Shown: in pieces, positions 40,078-50,033 of the stretch | How positions within the stretch are numbered: position 1 is the first letter of the stretch | How the letters are laid out: every line of letters starts with the position of its first letter | DNA from: Holosporales bacterium | GTDB lineage: Bacteria; Pseudomonadota; Alphaproteobacteria; Holosporales; CAZGKG01 | DNA: 64,000 bases | Direction: 5' to 3' | Assembly: GCA_044361745.1 (NCBI GenBank) | Contig: JBIKIF010000001.1 | Location: forward strand, 160,557 to 224,556 | Position numbers and translations under genes: made by a program | Notes under the pieces: model-generated | The model's database searches: none | Told to the model about the DNA's origin: nothing | The model's input: the letters and a program-made list of their open reading frames with translations, nothing else

Positions 40078-40635
40078 ATGGCTATTTTGACAGTTCTGAC
40101 AGATCCTCATCCGCTGTTACGTAGAAAATCCAAGCCTGTCCAGAAAATCACACCGGAAATTCAAGACCTTTTGAGGGATATGAGAGAGACGATGTATGCG
40201 TATGCGGGGATCGGACTCGCGGCGCCTCAAATCGGTGTTCTCAAGCGGGCCATTATGCTTGATATCACGGGTGAGCTTGGCTCAGGGGAAGATCTGGCTA
40301 TGATTAATCCCGAAATTATTTGGGCCTCAGACCATGATAGCTCCTACCAAGAAGGATGCCTCTCTGTTCCAGGTCATTACATCGACATCGAACGTCCCGC
40401 CGAAGTAAAGGTGCGTTATACGAATCTGGAGGGTCACTCCAAAGATCTGTTCTGTGACGGCTTGCTTGCAACGTGCGTCCAACATGAAATCGATCATCTG
40501 GATGGTCTTTTGATTCTCGATCAAACAGAAGCTGCCAAGAAACACGCTGCCTTAAGGGCGAAGCTGAAGCAGGCTGAAAAAACTGAGAATTGCTCTGCCG
40601 ATTCTCTCGATCCCCTGTCTTCCCCCTCTCATTAA
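40078..40635 (+). CDS. def: peptide deformylase
   Basis: GIGLAAPQIG, EGCLS, QHEIDHLDG. Confidence 0.96.
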   Translation: MAILTVLTDPHPLLRRKSKPVQKITPEIQDLLRDMRETMYAYAGIGLAAPQIGVLKRAIMLDITGELGSGEDLAMINPEIIWASDHDSSYQEGCLSVPGHYIDIERPAEVKVRYTNLEGHSKDLFCDGLLATCVQHEIDHLDGLLILDQTEAAKKHAALRAKLKQAEKTENCSADSLDPLSSPSH

Positions 40636-40647
40636 AAGGGGTCTCAG

Positions 40648-41814
40648 TTGCACACCTATTCCTCTGACTCTTTGACGTCTTCTGGAACCCGCATTCGTTC
40701 CCTCGATGGCCTGCGCGGATGGGCTGCCTGTGTGGTTCTTTTGCATCACTTGATTGTGTATTATCTTGGGTTTCAGACGCCTTCCCTTTTGTTTAATAAC
40801 GCGCGTCTCCAAGCCAGTTGGGCTGAGGGGGATATGTTTGACCTTGCCCTCACCCTGGTGATGCGTTTTCTCACCAGCGGCCATGTGGCTGTCTGTGTCT
40901 TTTTTGTCCTCTCGGGATACGTTCTGAGTTTCAGCCAGAGAGATCCTTCAAGGCGCACCTTGGCAAGGGCCACCGTGTCCCGGTATTTTCGCCTGATGTT
41001 TCCTGTCCTGGTGGTCAGCCTGGTTGCCTACGCTCTCATGGAAAGCGGTCTTCTTTGGAATGGGGTCGCTGCCACCCCTCCCACACAGGCGACTTTCTGG
41101 CTGGGAAAATGGTATCGCTTTGACAGCAGCCTTCTCGACGTTTTGATGAAATCCCTCTTTGATGTCTTTTTCAAGCATGAAAGCCCTCTGTCCTATAATC
41201 CCTCATTTTGGACCATGTCTTGGGAGCTTTTTGGCTCTCTTTTAATTTATGCCTACTTGGGGATTTTTAAAAAAGACGATACCGTTCAATGGCGCGTTCT
41301 TGGGGGTCTCCTGTGTGTTCTCGTGATGATCAAACCTTTTCTGATGTGCTTTATTGCGGGTCACATCCTCTATGAGCTCAAATGCTTATTCGACCGCAAG
41401 CCTCATCTCCAGAACAATCGGCCTCTGAACCTTGGGTGTATTCTTCTGTTCACGGTTGCGGCGATCGTTGCAGGTTTTTCTGACAGAGAGCTCACGGATT
41501 GTCTCATCGCTCCCTTTTTGGTTTTTCCCATTGTTTTTTCTTCTTCTTTAAGCCGGCTATTGACCAATAAGCTCTCGGATTTTTTGGGGGTGATTTCCTT
41601 TCCTCTCTATCTGATTCAAGTGCCAATCATTTGCTCTTGGTCTGCCTGCCTCTTTGTAGAGCTTCCCCGTTTGGGATGGGCTCAAGAGACATCGGTTTAC
41701 CTGAATCTGTTATCCACCTCGCTTTTGTGTATTCTTGCCAGCATCTGCCTCGTTCCTATAGAAACTTGGACTATCAAATGGTCCAAGAAAATGGGTACTC
41801 TGTTTTTAAGATAG
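40648..41814 (+). CDS. acyltransferase family 3 (OafA-like)
   Basis: LDGLRGWA, VFFVLSG, WTMSWE, GVISFPLYL; multi-TM. Confidence 0.88.
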   Translation: MHTYSSDSLTSSGTRIRSLDGLRGWAACVVLLHHLIVYYLGFQTPSLLFNNARLQASWAEGDMFDLALTLVMRFLTSGHVAVCVFFVLSGYVLSFSQRDPSRRTLARATVSRYFRLMFPVLVVSLVAYALMESGLLWNGVAATPPTQATFWLGKWYRFDSSLLDVLMKSLFDVFFKHESPLSYNPSFWTMSWELFGSLLIYAYLGIFKKDDTVQWRVLGGLLCVLVMIKPFLMCFIAGHILYELKCLFDRKPHLQNNRPLNLGCILLFTVAAIVAGFSDRELTDCLIAPFLVFPIVFSSSLSRLLTNKLSDFLGVISFPLYLIQVPIICSWSACLFVELPRLGWAQETSVYLNLLSTSLLCILASICLVPIETWTIKWSKKMGTLFLR

Positions 41815-41838
41815 CCCATTCTTGAGAAAGGATACTGC

Positions 41839-42156
41839 GTGACCTATGTTGTGACGGAAGCCTGTATTCGCTGCAAATACACAGACTGTGTAGATATTTG
41901 TCCCGTTGAGTGCTTTCACGAGGGACCGAATATGCTGGTGATCAATCCTTCTGTCTGCATTGATTGTGGACTCTGCGTGCCTGAATGTCCGGTCCAGGCC
42001 ATTTATCCCGATACTGAACCTGGCATGGAACGTTGGGTTTCTTTCAACCAAACCTATGGAGACAAATGGCCAGTGATCACCCAGAAAAAGGAAGCTCCTT
42101 CGGATGCAGATGAGTGGGCAAAGATCCCATCTAAGATGGAAGAATTTCTTCCGTAA
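41839..42156 (+). CDS. fdxA: 7Fe ferredoxin
   Basis: [38 protein letters not shown]. Confidence 0.95.
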   Translation: MTYVVTEACIRCKYTDCVDICPVECFHEGPNMLVINPSVCIDCGLCVPECPVQAIYPDTEPGMERWVSFNQTYGDKWPVITQKKEAPSDADEWAKIPSKMEEFLP

Positions 42157-42287
42157 CACCAAATGCATCTCAAAAATTTTTTATGGATGATCCTCATGCC
42201 TTATGTATTGATTCTTCTCGCCCTTTGTGCGGTCGGCCCAAATATTTGCGCGGATTCAGTCTGAGTCCAAAGGACTGAAATAAAAAA

Positions 42288-42794
42288 ATGAAAGAAGATG
42301 AAAAAGAAATTTTAAAATTTCCTCAGGATCTTAAGCCTTTCATTTCTGACGTTGGGGAAACACAATTTTCTCATATTTTATCTCAACTTTGCAGAGGTCA
42401 TGAACGTTGTGCAGCATTTTATATTTATCAAAAAGATGGCATTTTGATGGGTGCAGGAGAAGTGAATCCTCCTCAAATCGAAAGTATATTTTTACCCGAT
42501 CCTTTGAAGAAGCTTGGGGTCCAAAAATTAACATCCGACAATCAAAAGGCCCCTGTGGGGGCCTGGGCCATCTACAGAAAAGAAATAAGTCCTCAGGTTT
42601 TTACCTCTCAGTTATCTTTAAAGGCTCTTGATGGGGAGAAGCTCGTAGGATTTTTGTGCTATTATCCTGCGCAATCAATACCTCAAGTTCAGCTCCAGGA
42701 TGACATCGCGCTGAATAAACATTTTTTTATGCTGTCTTCCGTCCCGCTCTTACGTATAAGTTCAGATAAGACCCCTGGCATAAGGACTCTTTAA
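42288..42794 (+). CDS. hypothetical protein
   Basis: 168-aa AT-rich ORF ending 3 bp before uvrA; no recognised motif. Confidence 0.55.
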   Translation: MKEDEKEILKFPQDLKPFISDVGETQFSHILSQLCRGHERCAAFYIYQKDGILMGAGEVNPPQIESIFLPDPLKKLGVQKLTSDNQKAPVGAWAIYRKEISPQVFTSQLSLKALDGEKLVGFLCYYPAQSIPQVQLQDDIALNKHFFMLSSVPLLRISSDKTPGIRTL

Positions 42795-42797
42795 CCC

Positions 42798-45632
42798 ATG
42801 CATGAATTCATCGAGATCCGAGGCGCGCGGGAGCACAATCTGAAGAACTTGGATGTTTCTCTTCCGCGCAATGCTCTGGTTGTTTTGACGGGTCTGAGTG
42901 GATCCGGTAAATCTTCTCTCGCATTTGATACCCTCTACGCGGAGGGGCAGCGCCGGTATGTGGAGAGCTTGTCCGCCTACGCGCGCCAGTTTCTTGAACT
43001 CATGCAAAAGCCGGACGTCGACAGCATTGAGGGACTCTCTCCCGCCATTTCCATCGAACAAAAGACCACCTCCAAGAACCCCCGGTCTACGGTTGGAACC
43101 GTCACAGAAATCTACGATTATTTACGTCTCCTGTTCGCCCGAGTGGGGGTTCCCTATTCTCCTGCCACAGGTTGTCCCATTGAAGCCCAGACTGTCTCTC
43201 AAATTGTGGATCAAATTCTGGCGCTGCCCCAAGGGGCTCGCCTCAATCTCCTCGCGCCCATTGTGCGGGGACGGAAAGGGGAGTACCGGAAAGAACTGAT
43301 AGATCTCCGCAAGAATGGGTTCCAGCGGGTGAAGATCGATGGGGTGTTGTATGACATCGATGATACGCCTTCCCTAGATAAGAAGAAAACCCATACGATT
43401 TCTGTGGTTGTTGACCGTTTGGTTCTGAATGGAGCAGAGGATTTGTCCCAGCGTCTGGCGGAGGCGACTGAGACCATTTTGAAGCTGGCGGATGGACTGA
43501 TGCTGGTGGAGCAGGTAGATTTAGGGGTGGAGACTCTCTATTCCTCCCTCTTCTCCTGTCCTGTCTCAGGCTTTACTATTGAAAAAATTGAGCCCCGTCT
43601 GTTCTCCTTCAACAGTCCGTTTGGCGCCTGTCCCACCTGTGATGGCCTAGGGGTTCAGATCACCTTTGATCCCGTCAAGGTAGTTCCTAACCCTGCCCTG
43701 AGCTTAGAGGCGGGAGCCATTGCCCCTTGGTCTGGAAGCTTTGCCTCTTATTATCTTCAGATCTTTGCGGGCCTAGCGCAGCATTATGGTTTCTCTCTGA
43801 AAACGCCGTTCCAGGATTTGCCTGAGGTTATCCAAACCCTCATTCTCTATGGATCAGGAGCGACCAAGATTGACTTGGAGGTCAGGGATGAGGCTCGCAC
43901 CTATAAATCCCGGAAAGTCTTTGAAGGCGTTATCCCCCACCTGACCCGTCGCTTGAAAGAAAAAGAAAAAAGCGGTCCTCAGGAAGAGCTCAACAAATAC
44001 CAAAAGGCCCACGCTTGTGAGGCCTGCGCGGGGTTTCGCCTAAAGCCGGAAGCGCTTTGTGTGAAAATCAAGGGGTGCCACATTGGTCAGGTGACGGACC
44101 TCTCTATTGAGACGGCTCTCCTGTGGTTTGAAGATTTGGACCAAGTCCTCTCCCCCCAGCACGCCCAGATTGCCGTCCGGATTTTGAAGGAGATCCGGGC
44201 GCGCCTTGGGTTTCTCACCAGTGTGGGGGTAGGGTATCTGACGTTAGCCCGAACAGCGGGAACCCTCTCGGGCGGGGAGAGCCAGCGCATTCGCTTGGCC
44301 TCTCAGATTGGGGCTGGGTTGACGGGCGTTTTGTATGTTCTGGACGAACCTTCCATCGGGCTTCATCAGCGAGACAATGATAAATTGATTGGAACCCTGA
44401 AGCATCTCCGGGATATCGGCAATACGGTGATTGTGGTGGAGCACGATGAAGACACCATGCGGGCAGCAGATTACCTGGTAGATATGGGTCCGGGGGCTGG
44501 CCGTCACGGAGGGCAAATCATCTCCCAAGGGACGCCGGCTCAGGTGATTGCGGATCCGTGCAGCTTAACAGGGGCTTATCTATCCGGTGCACGGGTCATC
44601 CCCATGAGAGACCAAGTCCGAACGCCCCACCCCGACAAAATGTTGATCCTTGAAGGGGCGACTGCGAACAATTTGAAAGATGTGACCGTTTCCTTTCCGT
44701 TGGGACTTTTCATTGGGGTGACGGGTGTATCTGGTGGTGGGAAATCCTCTCTGGTCATTGAGACCCTTTACAAGGCTCTGGTGAAACAGTTGGGGCAAGC
44801 TCAGGAAGACCCAGGTCCCTATAAGTCTCTGACCGGTGTCGCGCACCTGGATAAAGTCATTGATATTGACCAGTCCCCCATTGGACGAACCCCACGGTCG
44901 AACCCTGCCACTTACACGGGTCTCTTTACCCCCATCCGGGAATGGTTTGCGGCACTGCCTGAGGCGCGTGCCCGAGGATACGGTCCAGGGCGCTTCTCCT
45001 TTAACGTCAAGGGGGGCAGATGTGAGGCGTGCCAAGGGGATGGGGTCGTCAAGATTGAAATGCACTTCTTGCCAGACGTTTATGTGACCTGTGATGGGTG
45101 CAAGGGGCAGCGCTACAACCGGGAAACCCTCGAGGTGAAATTCAAGGGGAAGTCTATTTGTGACATCCTAGATATGACCGTGGAGGCAGCCCGGGAATTT
45201 TTTGAAGCTAGCCCAGGGATTCGTGACAAACTACGGATGTTGGAGGAAGTGGGCCTCGGGTACATGCATGTGGGCCAGAGGGCGACCACCCTCTCAGGAG
45301 GGGAGGCCCAACGGGTCAAACTTTCGAAAGAGCTGTCGCGGCGCGCCACCGGAAAAACCCTGTACATTTTGGATGAACCCACAACTGGCCTTCATTTTGA
45401 AGATGTCCATAGGCTTCTTGGGGTGCTCCAACGTCTTGTGGATCAAGGCAACACGGTGATTGTGATCGAGCATAATCTTGAGGTGATCAAAACCGTTGAC
45501 TGGATCATTGATATCGGCCCTGAAGGGGGAGATGGGGGCGGGCGCCTGGTGGCAGAAGGCCCTCCCAGCCACGTGGTTCAGGTGCCTGAGAGTTACACAG
45601 GCCAGTATTTAAAGCCCTACGTACGCGTCTAA
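42798..45632 (+). CDS. uvrA: excinuclease ABC subunit A
   Basis: [14 protein letters not shown], zinc fingers, two ABC signatures LSGGE. Confidence 0.98.
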   Translation: MHEFIEIRGAREHNLKNLDVSLPRNALVVLTGLSGSGKSSLAFDTLYAEGQRRYVESLSAYARQFLELMQKPDVDSIEGLSPAISIEQKTTSKNPRSTVGTVTEIYDYLRLLFARVGVPYSPATGCPIEAQTVSQIVDQILALPQGARLNLLAPIVRGRKGEYRKELIDLRKNGFQRVKIDGVLYDIDDTPSLDKKKTHTISVVVDRLVLNGAEDLSQRLAEATETILKLADGLMLVEQVDLGVETLYSSLFSCPVSGFTIEKIEPRLFSFNSPFGACPTCDGLGVQITFDPVKVVPNPALSLEAGAIAPWSGSFASYYLQIFAGLAQHYGFSLKTPFQDLPEVIQTLILYGSGATKIDLEVRDEARTYKSRKVFEGVIPHLTRRLKEKEKSGPQEELNKYQKAHACEACAGFRLKPEALCVKIKGCHIGQVTDLSIETALLWFEDLDQVLSPQHAQIAVRILKEIRARLGFLTSVGVGYLTLARTAGTLSGGESQRIRLASQIGAGLTGVLYVLDEPSIGLHQRDNDKLIGTLKHLRDIGNTVIVVEHDEDTMRAADYLVDMGPGAGRHGGQIISQGTPAQVIADPCSLTGAYLSGARVIPMRDQVRTPHPDKMLILEGATANNLKDVTVSFPLGLFIGVTGVSGGGKSSLVIETLYKALVKQLGQAQEDPGPYKSLTGVAHLDKVIDIDQSPIGRTPRSNPATYTGLFTPIREWFAALPEARARGYGPGRFSFNVKGGRCEACQGDGVVKIEMHFLPDVYVTCDGCKGQRYNRETLEVKFKGKSICDILDMTVEAAREFFEASPGIRDKLRMLEEVGLGYMHVGQRATTLSGGEAQRVKLSKELSRRATGKTLYILDEPTTGLHFEDVHRLLGVLQRLVDQGNTVIVIEHNLEVIKTVDWIIDIGPEGGDGGGRLVAEGPPSHVVQVPESYTGQYLKPYVRV

Positions 45633-45874
45633 CCTTCAAGACGGTCTCTTCATTTGAGAACAGACGGTGGTCTCTTCAGTCTCCAGGGGGATGGATTCAA
45701 GCCCTGGGTCAAACAATTTTCTTGAAAAGACAAACAACTTGTATTAAAATTCAACTATGTCTTTGTCCTAAATCGATTTATCATCGGCAGGTCGGGTGTT
45801 TTTCCTCTCTTCAGAACCAGAGTAACGTCTGGGAGGGTCTGACAACAATATATTTTCAAAACAGGGTGGGTTCC

Positions 45875-46480
45875 ATGACTTTTAAATTGCCTCCGTTGCC
45901 TTATGCCAAGGATGCCCTTTCTCCCATGATTTCAGAAGTGACGGTTACGTTTCACCGGGAACGCCATCATCAGGGATACCTTGACAACCTGAACAATCTA
46001 ACCAAAGGAACCCCTTTCGAAACCTTAACCCTTGAAGATGTGATTGAAAAAACCGTTGATTCTCAAGAACACAAATCCATTTTCAATAACGCTGCTCAAG
46101 TGTGGAATCACAGCTTTTATTGGGACAGCATGCTGCCTCAAGGAGGAGGCTCTCTAAAAGAGGGTCCTTTGGAAAAAGCTTTAGTCCAGACCTTTGGCAG
46201 TATTGAAAAATTTAAAGAGATGTTCCAGAAAGCAGCCCTCAGTCAGTTCGGCAGTGGTTGGGCTTGGCTTGTCATGAATGTTCAAGGAAACTTGGCAATT
46301 CAGACCACAGGGAATGCGGATGTTCCTTTCACAAGCGGGTCTCGTCCTCTCTTCACCTGCGATGTTTGGGAGCATGCTTATTACTTAGATTACCAGAATC
46401 TTCGAGTTGATTACGTGAAAAAATTCATGGACCATTTAATCAACTGGGAGTTTGCTGAAAACAATTTTCGAGTGGCCTAA
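45875..46480 (+). CDS. sodB: Fe/Mn superoxide dismutase
   Basis: LPPLPY, FNNAAQVWNH, QFGSGWAWL, DVWEHAYY; ATG at 45875. Confidence 0.95.
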   Translation: MTFKLPPLPYAKDALSPMISEVTVTFHRERHHQGYLDNLNNLTKGTPFETLTLEDVIEKTVDSQEHKSIFNNAAQVWNHSFYWDSMLPQGGGSLKEGPLEKALVQTFGSIEKFKEMFQKAALSQFGSGWAWLVMNVQGNLAIQTTGNADVPFTSGSRPLFTCDVWEHAYYLDYQNLRVDYVKKFMDHLINWEFAENNFRVA

Positions 46481-47605
46481 TGAGCTTATCCGCTGATACA
46501 AAAGTGAAATTCACAGAAGTCCAGGAGGCTCTGGCCGTCCTGAGGAGGCATCTTTGACTGGGATGCGACCCTTCATCGTCTGAAGATTCTTGAAGCGCTT
46601 GTGCAGGAGCCCACTTTTTGGGACGACCCGCAAGAAGCTCAAAAACGCATGCAGGAACGGGATACCCTACAGCAAGGAGTTGCCCGTTGTGAGTCAATCG
46701 CCCACGAAATAGAAGATCTCGAGGCTTTGTTTGCCCTCTCCTCTGAAGAAGAGGATGAGGACCTTCTGAGGGAAAGTGAAACGGCTCTTGAGGATCTCCA
46801 TCAGCGCGTCTCTTTGATGCGCCTTGAAACCATGCTTTCAGGGGAAGCGGATGAAAACAACTGTTTTCTTGAGATTCATGCGGGCGCCGGGGGAACGGAG
46901 GCCCAGGATTGGACCCTCATTTTGTCGCGGATGTATACCCGCTGGGCAGACAAAAAAGCCTATAAAATAGAGCTTATTGAGGAAAGCCAAGGAGAAGAGG
47001 CGGGCCTCAAATCTGTGACTCTCAAAATATCAGCGACTTCTAAAGCCAAACACCCCTATGGCTGGCTTAAGAATGAATGTGGAGTCCATCGGTTGGTACG
47101 AATTTCTCCTTTTGATGCGTCCGCCCGTCGACATACAAGCTTTGCATCTGTCTGGGTGTACCCCGAAATTGACGACAAAATCCAAGTAGAAATTCTGGAA
47201 AAAGATCTCCGGATTGATACATACCGGGCATCTGGTGCCGGCGGCCAACATGTGAACAAAACCGATAGTGCGATTCGAATCACCCACATGCCCACAGGAA
47301 TCGTGGTTTCCTGTCAGATTGACAGGTCTCAACACCGGAATCGTGCCACTGCCTATGAGATGCTGCGTTCCCGCCTTTATGAACAAGAGCTGAGGCAACG
47401 GGAAGAGGCGGCAGCAGCCAACAACAGCACTAAAACGGAGATTGGCTGGGGACATCAAATTCGTTCTTATGTTTTGCAGCCCTATCAAATGGTGAAAGAT
47501 TTGCGCACAGGGGTTGAGGTCGGCAATGCGCCTGCTGTTCTGGAGGGTGAGATCGATCCCTTCCTCTGGGGGATGCTGAGCCGCGGAAACACAGCCTCAT
47601 ACTAA
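46480..47605 (+). CDS. prfB: peptide chain release factor 2 with +1 programmed frameshift
   Basis: ATG 46480, AGGAGG 46543-46548, CTT-TGA-C at 46552-46558; second frame has SPF and GGQ motifs. Confidence 0.96.
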
Positions 47606-47607
47606 GA

Positions 47608-47683
47608 CCCATTTTTCACCAGGGCAGCGTGCACGCGCAGGGAATCTATCCACAGACAAATCGCTCCTCCTTCCTGTTCCTGT
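47608..47683. repeat. dispersed 76-bp repeat, copy B
   Basis: 61/76 identity to 17069-17144. Confidence 0.8.
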
Positions 47684-47951
47684 TTAATCTGGGATTTGGT
47701 ATATACCCCATCTGATTAAAAGTGCTTGCAATGGAGTAAAGATTTATTGATCGATATCACATGAATATTGAGTGGGTTTGGGGATCTGGTTCTTCTGTTG
47801 TCTGACAGAAGACGGGTCACACGCTTCATTCACACTGTTGTCTCCAAATTGCCACAGGCGCAACAACAATGAAATCCATTGAAAAGACTTTGAAAAACTC
47901 AAAAAGAAAGAGGGGTTCCGATCAACCCTTTTCGTTCAAAGGGTTTGGAGG

Positions 47952-48036
47952 TGGTGCCCCCGGGGAGACTCGAACTCCCACATCCGAAGATAACAGATTT
48001 TGAGTCTGCCGCGTCTACCAATTCCACCACAGGGGC
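47952..48036 (-). tRNA. tRNA-Leu(CAA)
   Basis: GCCCCTGTGGTGGAATTGGTAGACGCG..CT-CAA-AA..long variable arm..GTTCGAGTC..GGCACCA. Confidence 0.96.
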
Positions 48037-48339
48037 ATCATCGAAACCTCTCATTTGGTATACCTCTTCCCCACAATCCACGCAAGCCTTTTTCCGCAAA
48101 AATGGACAGAGGAAACGCTTCAGGTAATCTATATCCCATCGGATTCAAGGGGGTGCATTCAAGAGATCCTGTCGATGAGGGAAGTCGCAAGGCTTGAGGG
48201 ATGGGGACGGGTTGCCAGCCTTCTGACACCAGAAAAATAGCTTTGATCTGATCCCCGTGATGGCGGCCCGAAGCTTGATCGTTCACCCCCTCAAGCTGTC
48301 CCGTCTCTTCAGAGGCTCACATAATATTGACTCCTACAC

Positions 48340-48591
48340 TCACGCCTGGAGCAATTTTTGAATACCATTCCACGGTGTGTGATCCGTTGACTCTGAAAAA
48401 AGGAACGTCAGAATGTCATGGTCTGCCCATGTCAGCAGATGCTCGAGAGCTACGAGATCGTTTTCGGAGAATTTCAGAGCGTTTTCCCTCACAAAGGTGC
48501 CAATCAACAGATCTGCTTCCCGGGTTCCGCGATGGGCTGCTTGATAGATCAGCCGTTTGATGCGGATCCCAGAATCCTCAACAGGTTCCAT
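48340..48591 (-). CDS. sdhE: succinate dehydrogenase assembly factor SdhE
   Basis: KRLIYQAAHRGTREADLLIG (RGxxE motif). Confidence 0.88.
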   Translation of the reverse strand: MEPVEDSGIRIKRLIYQAAHRGTREADLLIGTFVRENALKFSENDLVALEHLLTWADHDILTFLFSESTDHTPWNGIQKLLQA

Positions 48592-48593
48592 GG

Positions 48594-49091
48594 TCAAGAG
48601 CCTTGGGTCCATTGAGATGGCCAGCAATCCTTTGCACGCACAAACCCTTTGTAGGTTTTAATTTTGACAGAATACCAGTCCTGAGAGTCAGAAGATCTAA
48701 GGCTGTCTCTTAAATCAAGAATGAGGCCTTTTCCCAGGCGTGCGATTTTGCGCGCGTTCTTTTGTGGGTGGCTATAGAGAAAAATTGTCTTGAGAACAAA
48801 GAGGGTTTTGCGTCCCGCGAGCATGCTTTGGTGAATCCAACCCTTCGATCCAAAAGGATCCCGAATCTGTCTCCATGTATCAAATTCAGAAGTAATTTCA
48901 ACGGGAAGGCCGAGGCAGAGAAGGGTCCAAATGATGGGGTATTGGCGCCCAGGCCCCACACGAAGGTTGACTTCAGAAGCCTTCAAAGACGCCATACGGG
49001 GGAGTGGAAGCGAGGGTTTTCCCTCAAGCGGGGGACTGAAACCGAGAACGAACAAAACACAAAAAAGCAAAAAACGAGGATTCTTGGTCAT
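48594..49091 (-). CDS. bacterial SH3 domain protein
   Basis: signal peptide, LPLPRMASLKASEVNLRVGPG..YPI, WRQIRD..G..GWIHQSML. Confidence 0.88.
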   Translation of the reverse strand: MTKNPRFLLFCVLFVLGFSPPLEGKPSLPLPRMASLKASEVNLRVGPGRQYPIIWTLLCLGLPVEITSEFDTWRQIRDPFGSKGWIHQSMLAGRKTLFVLKTIFLYSHPQKNARKIARLGKGLILDLRDSLRSSDSQDWYSVKIKTYKGFVRAKDCWPSQWTQGS

Positions 49092-49993
49092 GGGAGAATG
49101 CCCAGGTCCGCAAGGCTCTTTTGGAGGGCTTCTTTGTGGGACGTGCTGAGGGTTCCGAGCGGAAGCCGACTGTCGGTTTCTCCGTATCCCAACAGGGACA
49201 ACACCCATTTTAAAGGCCCGGGGCTTGGGGCTTCAAACAAAAGACGGGCCAGGGGAAAGGTCCGCCTTTGGATCTCAAGAAAAGTTTTGAAGTCCCCTGT
49301 CTGCCACGCCAGGTGCATTTGGGTGTACAAATGGGGAATCACGTTGGCGGTGACGGAGATCAAGCCCCATCCCCCTTGGGCTAAGAAAGCACCAAAGGTG
49401 ACATCTTCTCCGGAAAACAATCGAAAAGATGAGGGGGTGCGCGTTGAGAGAAGAAGAGGCCTTGCCAGATCACTGGAGGCATCTTTAAGGCCAATAATCC
49501 GGGGGCAATCGTGAGAAAGATCTCCGATCAGGTCAACCCCTAATTCAATCCCTGTGCGACCAGGGTTGCTGTAGAGGAGGAGGGGAATACGGGTTTCATT
49601 GTGAATGGTTTGGTAGTAAGTGCGCACCCCTTCGGGGTCTGCCTTGACATAGAAGGGGGTGATCACCAGAGCCGCATCGGCGCCTAAATCTTGGGCCTGA
49701 CGGGTATAGAGCAGGGCCTCTTGTGTGGTGGGGGCGCCTGTTCCAGGAACCACAAATGCCTGCCCGCGACATGTTTTTAGGCAGAGCTCAATGAGCCGTC
49801 CTCTCTCTTCCAACGAGAGAGCGATGAACTCTCCAGTGGTGCCACAGGGAACCACGCCAGTGATGCCATTTTCCAGGAGAAACTCTAAATGCCGAACAAA
49901 AGATTTTTCGTCAATTTTTTGGTTTTTAAAGGGGGTTGAAACTGCAGCGAGAATCCCATAAAGAGAGGAAGTGCATTCCGTACGTTTTTCCAT
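49088..49993 (-). CDS. dapA: 4-hydroxy-tetrahydrodipicolinate synthase
   Basis: TPF, GTTGE, LYSNPGRTG, IIGLKDAS, SGED. Confidence 0.93.
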   Translation of the reverse strand: MEKRTECTSSLYGILAAVSTPFKNQKIDEKSFVRHLEFLLENGITGVVPCGTTGEFIALSLEERGRLIELCLKTCRGQAFVVPGTGAPTTQEALLYTRQAQDLGADAALVITPFYVKADPEGVRTYYQTIHNETRIPLLLYSNPGRTGIELGVDLIGDLSHDCPRIIGLKDASSDLARPLLLSTRTPSSFRLFSGEDVTFGAFLAQGGWGLISVTANVIPHLYTQMHLAWQTGDFKTFLEIQRRTFPLARLLFEAPSPGPLKWVLSLLGYGETDSRLPLGTLSTSHKEALQKSLADLGILP

Positions 49994-50033
49994 AAACAGC
50001 TGACCCTTAGACAATTGGAAAGAGAGCATCACC

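Noticed and set aside
45722-45874. N-terminal extensions in the ORF track (sodB; similarly petC, rpsA, dapA, nucleoside hydrolase)
   Set aside because: Longest-ORF artefacts; family similarity begins at downstream start codons.
47690-47950. Integrated element at tRNA-Leu
   Set aside because: No integrase and no duplicated tRNA 3' end seen in the window.
48762-49514. 250-aa plus-strand ORF
   Set aside because: Antisense to dapA and the SH3 gene; shadow frame.
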